From the NCBI GenBank assembly GCA_051362555.1, contig CM120643.1, positions 12,746,644-12,810,643 of the forward strand: a stretch of 64,000 nt of DNA, written 5' to 3'. Positions within the stretch are counted from its first letter, which is position 1, and every line of letters starts with the position of its first letter. The notes under the pieces were generated by a model, which ran no database searches, was not told the DNA's origin, and worked only from the letters and a program-made list of their open reading frames with translations. Both the position numbers and the translations under genes were made by a program. Below, piece after piece: positions 40,501-51,489 of this stretch. This DNA is from Lingula anatina (Eukaryota > Animalia > Brachiopoda).

Positions 40501-43245
40501 AACAACTTATACATATGTTAGCTGAAACAGTTTAATGTTCTGAGTTTGCAAAATAAAAACCATTAGAAAGCTGTATTATTTTCTCTCTCATTTTCTCTCT
40601 CAAAGCAAAAACTCGAAACAAACAACAATTTTCAACAGTTGCAGGATCATTAACAATTATGATGTGTCATTATGGCCCATCCAATCCATTCCCAATGTGG
40701 CCTCACCTATAGACTGTCCTGGGTACAACTTTTTCTTCAAATACCCTGGCACATGTTTGTCCGAATCTGAGGCACGGATCTTCTCCAGTTCATGGAGGAT
40801 GATCTGCTGCTTTTCAGCCAAAGTCAGAAAATTTGCCAGATCCCCTGCAATAAAGCAATAAAATGAGTTCACTGAAAAGTTGAGGACATCTACAAAATGT
40901 CTGTCCATTTCTTGTCAGTTAGAAAGTGGCATTCTCAATTACCTCAATAATGAGAAAAAAATTAACACTTTTCAGAGGAAGTGAAACAATTTTAAACTTA
41001 ACAACAAAATAAATGTGTGCTACAAATAAAAATCAATATGATGATATTAAAACTGAGCATAAGCAAAGCAAAATTTGATGTTTTCTCAATACAACTTCAA
41101 AAACCTTAATCCATTTGGACTTACCAATTAAAGAAAACTTACAATAAAAAGAGTTCTACCATAAAATATCAAGCAGGGCAAAGATAATCTTAGCTAATTT
41201 AAAAGCAAGTTGGGTAGACATTAAAAGCTAGGCCATTGCTGTAAATCTTGTGCTCTCTTGATTATGAATTTGTCAGCAACCTGAAATTTGTCCCAAATGT
41301 TGTGACAGTCTGCCCTAAAATGGGCTGAGACAGAATGCTGAAAATCGTGGGATGCAAGCTGTAAGCTGAGACGCCTGTGCGAAATCTAATCCAATCCAGA
41401 CAGAGGCTATGAGGGCAAGCTGACCCAAAAAGTAGCAAGACTGCCACGTTTTACATTGCAGCTAATCAACTTTTGGAACATTAGTATTATTTTACTCTAA
41501 TATTAGTAAGAAATATAGACACAGGTTAGATAATCATGACTAAGGTTGAATAGGTAAGTATGGTTTTGTACAGGTTTGGAAAGGTATGTAGACATGATAA
41601 TAACCAGATTAAAACAAGATGTGTCAAAACATGTACGAGTATATGCTTTTATGCTTTACTTACTAATAGAAAAGGAGTTAATTTTCATAGAAAAGGAGAA
41701 ATTTGTTAATGAAAGAACATAACAATTTCTACAGTACAAAATCTTCAAGCAGATTGGCTATTCCAAATTTCAACAAAGATAAAAGAGTATAAATATGTGT
41801 GCCTATTTGGTGCATCTCAGCAGGTTAATAAGATAATATTCTACAACACATCAGTAAGAATGGCTGCAATTGAAAATCAGTGAAATCTGCAAGAAGGGGT
41901 ATTTTAGTGATAAAGAAATCACAGCAACTGATCAACTGGCTATCACACATGGTCACCCAGGTTTACCTTCCTATTGCCAACACTTCCTGGATAATGTAAA
42001 GCAGATATATCTTATGTGAAGTTTCAAGGTGATTTAAAACATTCAAACTCTGCAGATATCCTTTTTATAAATATTCTTGTTTAGTTGCTCTCATTAGAGC
42101 ACAATGGTAAATGTATAAAGAAATGAAAATAAATAAATAAATGTGCCTTTCTGTCTCTCAGTCTTTCTGACAATCCATCTGACAGAGTGTCCGTCTGCCT
42201 GTCTGTTTGTCTGTCTGCCAGTCTGCCTGTCTGTTTGTCTGTCTGTCACACATCTTAAAATAACCCAACAATCCACAGACCCAATCTAACTAGCTGTAAC
42301 CCAGTGTACAAACCTGACTTCTTAAACTGACTAATCTCAGCAATGGTAATCTCCCTCAGCACCCCCGCACTGTCCTCTTTCTTGATCTGCATCAACTCTG
42401 CCGCCTCCAGCAGACGGTCCGTGCCGGCCCCAATATGGAGGATCACCTCCTGGAAATTAAAGCAAATGGCCTCTTTAATACAATGCTTGGCTATGGGTGA
42501 TGTCTAAGACTGCACTCCCACAGATTCAGATCGATCCATCTAGATTGACCTAACTCCCTGGGGGTTCACCCTAAATTGCTGTCAGCCGAGCGCACACGGT
42601 AGTTAATTACCTCCTTACAGCTTTAATAGGCGGGCAGACATTAAAGCTGGCTAAGCTGACAGTAATCTAGTGAGACTCCCCACAGGGATAGAACAATCTA
42701 AAATCTGTGGGAATGGGGTCTAGAACATGATGAAATTCTCAGTCCTATGGACCATGAATGATAAAAAATTTCTTAAACTGGTACAAAATCATATTCAGTC
42801 CAAGGGACTTGGACATTAGTTTTTAGAAAGTCTGCCATTCTGAATTTACTGAAAGTCCAACAATAATCGTTCAGTTTGGAAAAATTTCAGAACTGCTGGT
42901 TGTCTTTCAGGGTTTACTACATGTATTTCCATACATGTAGTAAACCCTGAAAGACAACCAGCAGTTATTTCATGTTCTTCATGTTCTTCATGTTATTTTT
43001 TTAGTTATCACATCTTGTTAACAGGTCTGCAGGAAAACCTCTCCCATGTCAATAACCTGGTTGTGTCTGTTTACTACAGAATATGCCTGCAGTTCAGCTC
43101 CCCCTGCTGTCCGTTGTGCGTGGATCTTGGCGATCATCCACTCTATGGCTGCTTGAGGGGCATCTGTGACAAACTCCAGTACGCAGAGGGTGTGAAAAGG
43201 TTCCACTGGGGGGCTGGACTCGCGGCCACCATGGTGGGAATTCAT
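34517..43245 (-). CDS. ANO10: Anoctamin-10 / TMEM16K lipid scramblase, ~698 aa, 13 coding exons
   Basis: Exons on the minus strand: 43245-43057, 42449-42314, 40844-40707, 40435-40319 (LYPLHD..WY..QPI), 39185-38619 ([21 protein letters not shown]), 37957-37902 ([19 protein letters not shown]), 37380-37306 (FDFVNCF), 37080-37004, 36595-36436, 35978-35787 ([43 protein letters not shown]), 35416-35285 (TNCAL), 35044-34928 (HLVLAL..PD.P) and 34657-34517. All are GT-AG with consistent phases and total 2097 nt. The last exon is the least certain. Confidence 0.92.
37659..37829. mobile_element. MITE with ACAGGGGCAGAT TIRs
   Basis: ACAGGGGCAGAT (37659-37670) and ATCTGCCCCTGT (37818-37829) are a perfect 12-bp inverted pair 170 bp apart. 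The TSD is unclear. Confidence 0.65.
38232..38490. mobile_element. MITE family A, near-complete copy with long (~70 bp) imperfect TIRs
   Basis: Left arm CTCATTCTCATTGAAACTATCAGTCTACGTAGATC..CTCTATGGGGACTCTCGCTGAAT; right arm ATTCAGCGAGAATCCCCACAGAG..GATCTA..TACGTAGACCAATAGTTTCAAGGGAATGAG. Confidence 0.8.
39434..40342. repeat. 78-bp (3 x 26 bp) higher-order tandem repeat, 9 full units plus degenerate 26-mers, abutting the ANO10 exon donor
   Basis: Unit CTGAGGTTTGTTGACCTACCTTCGACCTAAAGCATGCTGAACTACCTATGGGTTGAGGTATATCAACCTACCTACCTA starts at 39434, 39512, 39590 ... 40058, with a partial unit at 40136. Degenerate subunits run into the exon end at 40319. Confidence 0.95.
42190..42247. repeat. (GTCT)n degenerate tetranucleotide repeat
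   Basis: gtctgcctgtctgtttgtctgtctgccagtctgcctgtctgtttgtctgtctgtc. Confidence 0.75.
42504..42722. mobile_element. MITE with imperfect TIRs
   Basis: AGACTGCACTCCCACAGATT...CCCTGGGG / CCCCACAGGG...AATCTGTGGGAATGGGGTCT, flanked by TA-containing sites. Confidence 0.6.
42891..42966. repeat. Perfect inverted repeat (36-bp arms, 4-nt loop)
   Basis: AACTGCTGGTTGTCTTTCAGGGTTTACTACATGTAT-TTCC-ATACATGTAGTAAACCCTGAAAGACAACCAGCAGTT. Confidence 0.95.
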
Positions 43246-43975
43246 GATTGAAGTTGATTCTTGCTGCCTGGGCTATGGAAGCTTGGAGTATTTCATTCAG
43301 GTTTCAGTTTCTCAGTATAGTTGACTAACTGCATCAAAACCTGCAATAAAACATCCAATATGAAGTTATAAATATTCACAGTTGATCAATTCAGAGTTCC
43401 ATATTATGGCTGAAACTGTATGATATCCTATGTTTCAGCTACTATTGGATTAGCTCATATTACCCTGATATTTCCATGGGAAATGCCAATTTTGCCAATT
43501 CGAATGATAAATGCAAATAATGAATATTGTTCTTGTCATAGTCTATGATATACAACCCTTCGGGGACTTAATCAAATAACAAAGAAAGACTGTTGATCTT
43601 CCTAACCATCAAGGATAAATACTCACAACTAAAAAGATCAGGAGAGTTTATTGAACCAAAAACTTACAAAATGGCGGTCAAAGAACTTTCATGGCCTTCG
43701 ATCTTCCTTACCATCAATTAACTAAGATAAATACTCAAAACTCAAAAAATATCTTAGAGAGATCATTGGATCAGTAAATCACAATATGTCAAAAAACTTC
43801 CATGGCCTACAGAGACTGTTATTTAACAAAATTAACTAGTAAATGGAAATTAGAATTGAACAGTTCGAGGCATTAAGTATCATGCATTTTTATTCAATAG
43901 AAAACAAGGCCATAACAAGGCATAACTTTGAGGGGCAGTTAAGAATGAGTTAGGTCGCAAAAGCTACTGTGCATT

Positions 43976-44317
43976 AACTCTGTGGGGACTCACGCTGAAT
44001 GCAATCAGATTTACAGACTGCGTCGTCCCTGCAGGCGTACAGTCATTAAATTTCGGCTCCATTGGGACGACACTTGGTGAGGCGTGTGGGAGGCGGAGAG
44101 ACTATTAAAAGATTAGGCAGTTTTTCTTTCATGTACGTCCGCCATATTTAGTCCCCAGGATTTGTAAAGCCTGGCTCAACTCGTTGTGAATGCGATCTAA
44201 TACGCCTCCTCCTATCCTTGAGTAGAATATAGAAAGGCTGGTGATATTATAAGAGTATATTGAGAACAAGAGAAGGTATGTTAGTTTGTTCATCTGATTG
44301 CATTCAGCGAGAGTCCT
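43976..44317. mobile_element. Composite MITE: family A arms enclosing a piece of the 13.5-14.0 kb foldback family
   Basis: GGACTCACGCTGAATGCAATCAGAT / ATCTGATTGCATTCAGCGAGAGTCC are inverted arms. The internal 44028-44155 segment (CCCTGCAGG..CAGTCATTAAAT..GGAGGCGGAGAGAC..GCCATATTTAGTCC) matches 13625-13753 and 13898-14000. Confidence 0.7.
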
Positions 44318-47300
44318 GTTGATTTGGTATGTATAAGTTTGATCGACAAAATTTATTGTCAATGGTCCCCAATAGAGAAATAACCATTAGTGGGTGTTGC
44401 ATAATCACTACAATCCTTGGCAACTCCCCATGAAGCCCAATGAACAACCGAGTCCATAAACCTAGAGCCGAAGCTTATAAATGTCAACTCAAGCCCTTCA
44501 ATCAGATTATTATTTCCTATACTTCAAGCTGGTATTATTCACAAGTCAATAAGACTGATCCCTCAGACCATTATGCCTTCTCTGTGTGTGTGTGGAAAGC
44601 AGGTTTTTGGATTGAATATATAGTTATGAAACATTTGTTGCCTTCTGATTGATGAACAGTTATTTGTACTTGCAAGCAAATAGTTACATGAACATGTGCC
44701 AGCGTCATTTTGGTCATACAATCATGATGTAATACACTGAGAAGCCCCCCGAGTGTGAAACATGTGTCAGCACATTCTCTTCATCACACCCATTACATTC
44801 ATTAGGGAAATAAAAGAAGTCCCAATTATTCCTTATTTGAACCCCAGGTGAAGATAAGTATGAGTCTTAATAATATTGGACATGATCATAAAAACTCAGC
44901 AGGCCCTTGGACAATAACCCATTCACTTGGGGTTTGGTTGAACATAATAAAGAATTACAGACCCGTACATGTGCAGCACCAGTTGTATTAGGTAGGGATA
45001 AAGGCCAAGAAGAGTAAAGTTGGGTTTCTGCTCTTGGATATTCCAGAAAATTACCCACATGCATTTAAAAAATTCCACTTTTCAACTCATTTACCTTTTT
45101 AATATTATTTATAATTTTAAAATATTTTACACAATTTCACTTATTCATCTTTTCAGAACTCAAAACCACTTCCTCAAAACATTATCACTTGAGCTACGGG
45201 ATGCAACTTACTGGCACAAACATTCCTTGAAATAATGGACTTCGTAGCTGTATCCAATTATCATTTTTTTCTTAATGACTGTCCAGAGAAAACTGACCTT
45301 TTTCACTTATTCATCCTTAACACTGTAGGTATAATTAATGCTTCTTCTGCATCACTTTAAAAAATTTTGTTTGGAATGAATGAAAACCAATTTCTTGAAA
45401 TGACAGGCATTCATGACCTTGAATTTGGTTCTTTTTACAACTCGGGAAAAATTTAGTGGTTTTTTATTTAGACAAGGCACATTTCAGTCATACATTGCCA
45501 ACAAATGCTTCATTTGTTACAAAAACATCCCTAAAGGTTTCACCCATTCACTGTTTTTCCAATATACTGTAAGTTCTCATGACCAATTCCCATAAGAGTA
45601 AATGCTTAAACCGAAGTGATATAATTGCCATCAATCCATGAGCGAAGAGTGTTTAAACCAAGAATTCCCATGCCTGGTCTTAAGCCCCATAGCAAACAAA
45701 GCCTGCCTGGAGTTGATTCAATGTAATAAGCTCAAATCGTGTCTTTGGACGCTAAGTGTCAGCAAGTGGTGGACGCCACATAACTTACTGCTCACAGCAG
45801 TTTCTTCACAAGAGTTTTATGCCTGAGCATAATCAGCACATTCAAATACTCCCACAACTGGTATGTGTTCATTCTTACAAAGAATTCTGAAGGAAACAGA
45901 ACACAGAAGTTTGGGATATTTGCACAGAAAGAACTGAGGGATCCGTGGTATGAAAACCATTGATACCATATATCTTTTAAAGGTGAGTGGAAAATACAAG
46001 CAATGTGTAGTTCCTTTTAATGTATTCAGATGAAACCGGCTGCTATGTGTCAGAGACTTTCAATAAAGGTAGGCATTTTGAACACAATATACCAAAAGTT
46101 TAGCAGTGTACATGCTACTTTTAATATTTCCTACTTGAAATACTTGAAATACTTGAGAGAGAGATTTCCAAAAGTCTTTTTAAATTTTAACAAAAAAAAC
46201 CAAAAAACTGCCAAATCTGAATGCAACATTTTAGATTGTGACTTATTATTTTTTGTAATTTATACAGAAAAAAGAAAAAAGGACGAGATTATATAGAAAA
46301 AAGGTCGAGATTGGGTCAATATAACCTTTATCTGATAGAGTGCCTATCTACTTTTCATATACATTCCCCATGTCCACCTGAGCAAATTCACAGATAAAAC
46401 CAAGAACATTTTCCTCAAAATGAATCATAAAGTAACTACATGAAATCCATAAGAATTAACTTCCTTTAACTTAACCTTAATGTGAATTCAATTCTCATGG
46501 TGATTGTGTGGTGATAATGTTCACCCACGCTGCTATGAATTGCCATCATACCTTTCCACATCTTGCATACCTATGGGGCAGATTCACCACCACACCAGAG
46601 AACTGAAATATTTACAACTTGACAAGGTAATGATTTAAGATACATCTGTCCTCACAAGAGGAATTTGATATTGAGTAACTCTAAAGAAGATCTATCTAGA
46701 TTGGCAGAGTTCTGAAGGGAAATTAGCTAATTTTCTGACAAAATGCTTGAGTTGGATGATCTGCTATATGTGAGCTGGCTGGCAGGTCAAAAAATGTAAA
46801 CAACTTACAGGTAAACTGTAAACAACATGAGAACAACACATTATGTCCAGTCCGACCACTAACATAATCAAGTGAATTGTATCACATCAGCTATACCCAA
46901 ATATTATACTGAGCATGAGAGCACAATGCCCAGTGATCATTGACAATTTCATGCACGTGTTTGTGTGCGCCCATGCTTATGTGTGCATGCCTGTTGTGCA
47001 TGCTTGAGCATGGTACTCACATGTACATGTAAGCCTGGGTGCTCATGTATACAGTCATGTTATGTTTACTTCTAATAGTGAGGATATAGTATATAAAACG
47101 CAATGCAGATTATATGAGTCATATCCCAAGCTGATACAGGGGGAATGTGGTCGTGGTGGTGGTGGCTGGGAGGGGGGAGGGGCAGCAGACCCTCCCCCCT
47201 TCTTTGTAACCTGGATCCTCCAGAATAAACACAATATCAATAAATAAGTGCTATCCTTGCCTTAGGTTTTATACAACACCACAATAAGCTCAATTTACAG

Positions 47301-48282
47301 TAACAGTGATGCTGCAACAACCAAATAATCATTATGTGGGATCACAAAACTCGATCTGTTAAGATCTTAATTAAATTCTGCATACTTCGATAATCTTCTG
47401 TCATGAATCTGCTTCAGCTGTAGTTCAATCAATAGGCAAATACAATGCAAATGTTCTCACTCTTGATATGTATGTCTTTCTGATATATTCAGTCACTAGT
47501 CGTGAAATACATGTCTGAAAAACAAACTAAAACCTAAGCATGCATGCCTGTGGCCAGCAATTTCATAGGGAGGGGGGGAGGGTCTTTATTCTGAAAGGGC
47601 TAACTTTTTTACCCCCATGGTTGACCCAACTTGAAATTTGGCATAGCACTTTACAGCTCGGGACCTTTTCTGGCCTTTCCTATTTGCTAACAGACCTACC
47701 ACACAGTGGCACATCAGCAATAGGGAAATTGAAAACTACTGAAATATTTCTCTTCCCAAATCGGGTGTCATCACTGCAGGGCAAACTGCAACCAAGACTA
47801 AGCAATTGTATATATTCTAAACTAAAAGTCACTTTCTATCTAACAGAGAAGGAAAACAACTTTGAGTTTTACACTTACATGTACTTGTGAATTCTAAGCC
47901 ACATCTTTGCGAGGGCCAATGGCTGGCTGCTCTGTACTGTCACTGCAGGGCTAATGGGAGCCTCTAATGATTAAATGTCTTTCTGCAGGTAGCATTTTGC
48001 ATATATATGGGTTGCATACATGTGTGTTTTCATATATGATAATTGGTCATTAATCACAGGAATTACACTGTCAGTATTATATGAAGTCCCTCCATTTCCA
48101 TTACACTTGATAGAGTCATTTTTAAAAGTGCTATACTTATAAAAAAAATGCAATTATTTCAAACCTACTAAATCAATTTCCATAAGCTTCACATTTATTT
48201 ATTATTTGACAGAGTGTTTTTTCTATTAATTTGTTTGTATTTAAGTGTTGAACTTTTCCTCTCAATATTTTCAGGCTGACTC

Positions 48283-49863
48283 ATGTACTCAAACTTCCCA
48301 CTCATCCTTATTCTCCTCCTATATACCACAGTGGCAGAGTCCACTTGTCCCGCTGAATGCAATTGTAACACAATCAACAACAATGTCACCTGTGTATTCA
48401 ACAAAACAGATCTCACCATCCCAGACTCAATCCCTAATGCCACCAGGGTGCTACAAGTCCAGTTCTTGAACCCAATGCAAACCAGACAGGCAGCATTGCA
48501 GCAAAGTCTTTTTCCGCCGCCATTATTCAACCTCAAAGAGTTGGAATTGAGGAACACTGGAGGAACGCTGGATATTATCCACCCTGTAAAAAACTATGCT
48601 TTTCAAAATCTGAAAGAACTTCAGAGACTGATGATCACCAACAGTTCTGTCTTCTACATTGAACCAAAGGCCTTTCAAGGACTTGATAACTTGAAGGTAC
48701 TGGACCTGAGTTATAACAGACTACACAATGACATGACTTCACCGCCATTTCATGACCTCGTAGATCTGACAACGCTGGTTTTGTCGGGAAATTTACTCAC
48801 ACAAATTGAGAATAGTCTGTTTTCCAACCTGCCTACTCTTGAAGTTTTAAACCTTGAAAATAACAGAATTCAGAACATTTCTATGGACATTTTACTCCAT
48901 CAAAGTCAGACTCTTGAAAAGTTGGACATCAGTGGAAATCCACTGAAAGAGTTTGACTTCGAGAACCTCAAAGTTCTGCATAATCTGGAGTACTTGGACT
49001 TGTCTCGAACAGGCATCAGTGACATTCCAAATTTTCTACACAACCTCTCAGCCATGCCCAATTTGGAAACATTAGACCTGCGGTACAACAACCTCACCAA
49101 GTTGACACGTCAGGATGCAGACGCTTTAAATTGGAGACAAATCAAAGTGATCTTCACTGGGAATCCATGGCTTTGCGACTGCTACATACGTCCACTATGG
49201 GAGAGGCTGAAAGAGAACAGCAATTTGGTATATGGAAAACCCTACTGTGCATCCCCAGCTTATGTAAAAGGTCGACCAGTGTCCTCTCTCCAACACTGGG
49301 AGGTTGCAAACTGCAACATTATGGCAGGGCGTGCTGTAACCGATGCTGTGGATACCAGCATTGGTATTATTGCTGTTGCTGTATCATTGTTTTTCATCCT
49401 TGGAGCTGTCCTCATTTACACTGCATGGACTTTTAGAAAGACAACAGTGTCTCAGACCAGTGAAAAGAAAGAGCATTTTCACTTATTTGGTGCACAGCCT
49501 AATGGACAAAAATTTGATAGCAATGCGACAGGAGATTCCTCCCTCCCTATCCTGTCATTGCTTAATTCCGAAACTGATAACCACCTCAACACTATGGTGG
49601 CAGACTCAGAGGTCGTGCATCAGAACACCAACACTGAAGAAGCTAACATTCCTTCTGATTCTAATCCTGCAGAGACTGAGGAAAGTAATAACAATCAACC
49701 AGAGACAGAAACCGTGTGTCAAAACCCTGTATATGAGGGGCAAGCAGAGAGTGCTCAACAGTTTGTGGAAAATAACCCTGTTTATGAGTCAAGTCAAGGC
49801 AGTTCAAGTCAAGTCCACAGGGCATCAAATGGTAATCCAAAAAACACTGGAAATGGAACTTAA
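48283..49863 (+). CDS. Leucine-rich-repeat single-pass transmembrane receptor-like protein, 526 aa, intronless CDS
   Basis: Signal peptide (FPLILILLLYTTVAES), LRRNT (CPAECNC..VTC), about 9 LxxLxLxxN repeats, LRRCT (GNPWLCDC..PYCASP..C), TM (IGIIAVAVSLFFILGAVLIY), and a ~140-aa acidic disordered tail with two NPVYE motifs. A splice acceptor TTTTCAG lies at 48274 just before the ATG, and AATAAA signals follow at ~50279-50290. Confidence 0.92.
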   Translation: MYSNFPLILILLLYTTVAESTCPAECNCNTINNNVTCVFNKTDLTIPDSIPNATRVLQVQFLNPMQTRQAALQQSLFPPPLFNLKELELRNTGGTLDIIHPVKNYAFQNLKELQRLMITNSSVFYIEPKAFQGLDNLKVLDLSYNRLHNDMTSPPFHDLVDLTTLVLSGNLLTQIENSLFSNLPTLEVLNLENNRIQNISMDILLHQSQTLEKLDISGNPLKEFDFENLKVLHNLEYLDLSRTGISDIPNFLHNLSAMPNLETLDLRYNNLTKLTRQDADALNWRQIKVIFTGNPWLCDCYIRPLWERLKENSNLVYGKPYCASPAYVKGRPVSSLQHWEVANCNIMAGRAVTDAVDTSIGIIAVAVSLFFILGAVLIYTAWTFRKTTVSQTSEKKEHFHLFGAQPNGQKFDSNATGDSSLPILSLLNSETDNHLNTMVADSEVVHQNTNTEEANIPSDSNPAETEESNNNQPETETVCQNPVYEGQAESAQQFVENNPVYESSQGSSSQVHRASNGNPKNTGNGT

Positions 49864-51045
49864 TTGATTGTAGCATGCCCATAAAAGACCACTTTCACTT
49901 TCTACAACATTTTGTTTAGTATTTGCTGTACATCCAAGAACAAAAAAAGAAAAATATTTGACTTAGAGTCCACTTGTATCACACATTTTGTATGTTTAAC
50001 TACTTTTAAAACTTTTGATGAAACACAAATATCTCATCTTGTCTACAGTATATCAGATTTTTATGTAATCATTGTATTAAACTTCTGGTGCATATTCGGA
50101 TCATTGAATGACTTACATAATTCAATTTTACTTGGTAGTTTTTACAAAAGTACTAAAATACCATTCAATACTGTCACTCAGTCAAAACTGCATAGAATCC
50201 CTAACAATGTTTTCAATGGTGATGTTTAAAAAGTTACTTTTAGTGTTGCTGCATATTCATCAATACAAAAAAAAAAAATAAATAAATAAAACAAAATTCC
50301 ATAATGTAGTAGGCATTTTTTTCTAATCAGCATTTGCGGTTCAATGCAACTTTGTGTCTCATGTACATAAAAATTTTATGTCATCTTCATGCACATTGAA
50401 CAATAATGCTCAGTTTAGAATATTTCACAATAAATGTATCCAACGTGTACATTGATTCAACAACTGTGATTTTTTCATAAAGTTTGCCAAGTTCAGCAAG
50501 AACTCTACATTGTGCTGTAACCTTAAACATATGAATATAAATAAACCGTCATTTGTCATTTGTGCAGTCATATTTTTTGTGTGTGTGTGTGGGGGGGGGG
50601 GGGGGGGGGGGGAGCTTTTATCATTTTTGGCGACACTTCAAGAATACCAATAAAGATCAAGGTGCCTCAATTGTTTATCATCAATGACATCAATCTGAAA
50701 TGAGTTAAGCTTGTGATCTTTTCTCATTATCTCAATACAGGGGTAATAGTATTCTCCTATATTTAATTACAGTGAAAGATAAAGCCATGAACCATACAAT
50801 ATGTTCTGAAATTATAGATAAGAACAATACCAGCTTCGTCTTACGTTCACCATCATTATGTATAGTTTATATCCATTGGTAAAGTGGCGATGATGAAATG
50901 TCCGAAACCATGTAACACTGAATTTAAACTAAAATTAGTACTTAGTAACGTTAAATATAAAACTCAAATAACTAAAACAAAACCGAATAAAATATTGTTT
51001 ATTTAAAACCCATGGGTATAACAAGTGCACAGAGCTAAGACTTAC

Positions 51046-51180
51046 CTACTCGTTAACCTTTTTCTACATGCCATACACGTCAACAACGATTTCTGATACC
51101 CCACCCTGATATTGATACCGTCTTACGACTTTACACTGCCTAGCGTCAGTGGCCTAGCGTTGACAGCAGGGCGCTGCCAT
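51046..51180 (-). other. ANO10: Putative non-coding exon 1 of ANO10
   Basis: Consensus donor AG|GTAAGT on the minus strand at 51046/51045, next to a CpG-rich promoter patch. The first coding exon of ANO10 starts with an acceptor (TTTATTGCAG| at 43340) and so needs an upstream exon. Confidence 0.55.
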
Positions 51181-51489
51181 TTTGGTAAATACCGCAGCAA
51201 ATTGTTAAACAACATATATAAGCAATTCTGTCCCAACATGCAACCAGAGTTTAAAAGCATTTTTATCTTTGATATATTTTTGGAATTAAAACCCTCAGAC
51301 TGGGGCTAGGTAATGCTCGTCACGGAACGATGCACACCAATGACGTCCAATTAAACTGCTCCATTTTTGTCAGTCCGTACCACAGACAGGATCAAAATAC
51401 AGGTCAGCTGTGTTTATGTAAAGAAAATCGTTGTTCGAGGCACTAGGGGTCGCGCAAAAATAGGAGCTAAATGCAGCAACTTCGATTGT
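51130..51489. promoter_or_regulatory. Putative bidirectional promoter ANO10 / DCAF11
   Basis: CpG-enriched interval between divergent genes, with a YY1-like GCCATTTTG (~51176), a CCTAGCGT direct repeat (~51139, ~51153) and CCAATGACGTC (CCAAT plus CRE, ~51337). Confidence 0.55.

Noticed and set aside
48283-49863. Calling the LRR gene a Toll-like receptor or giving it a gene symbol
   Set aside because: There is no TIR domain in the tail, and orthology cannot be set without a search.
49131-49867. Alternative-frame ORFs (101 and 174 aa) overlapping the LRR gene
   Set aside because: No recognisable domain; expected by chance within a coding region.
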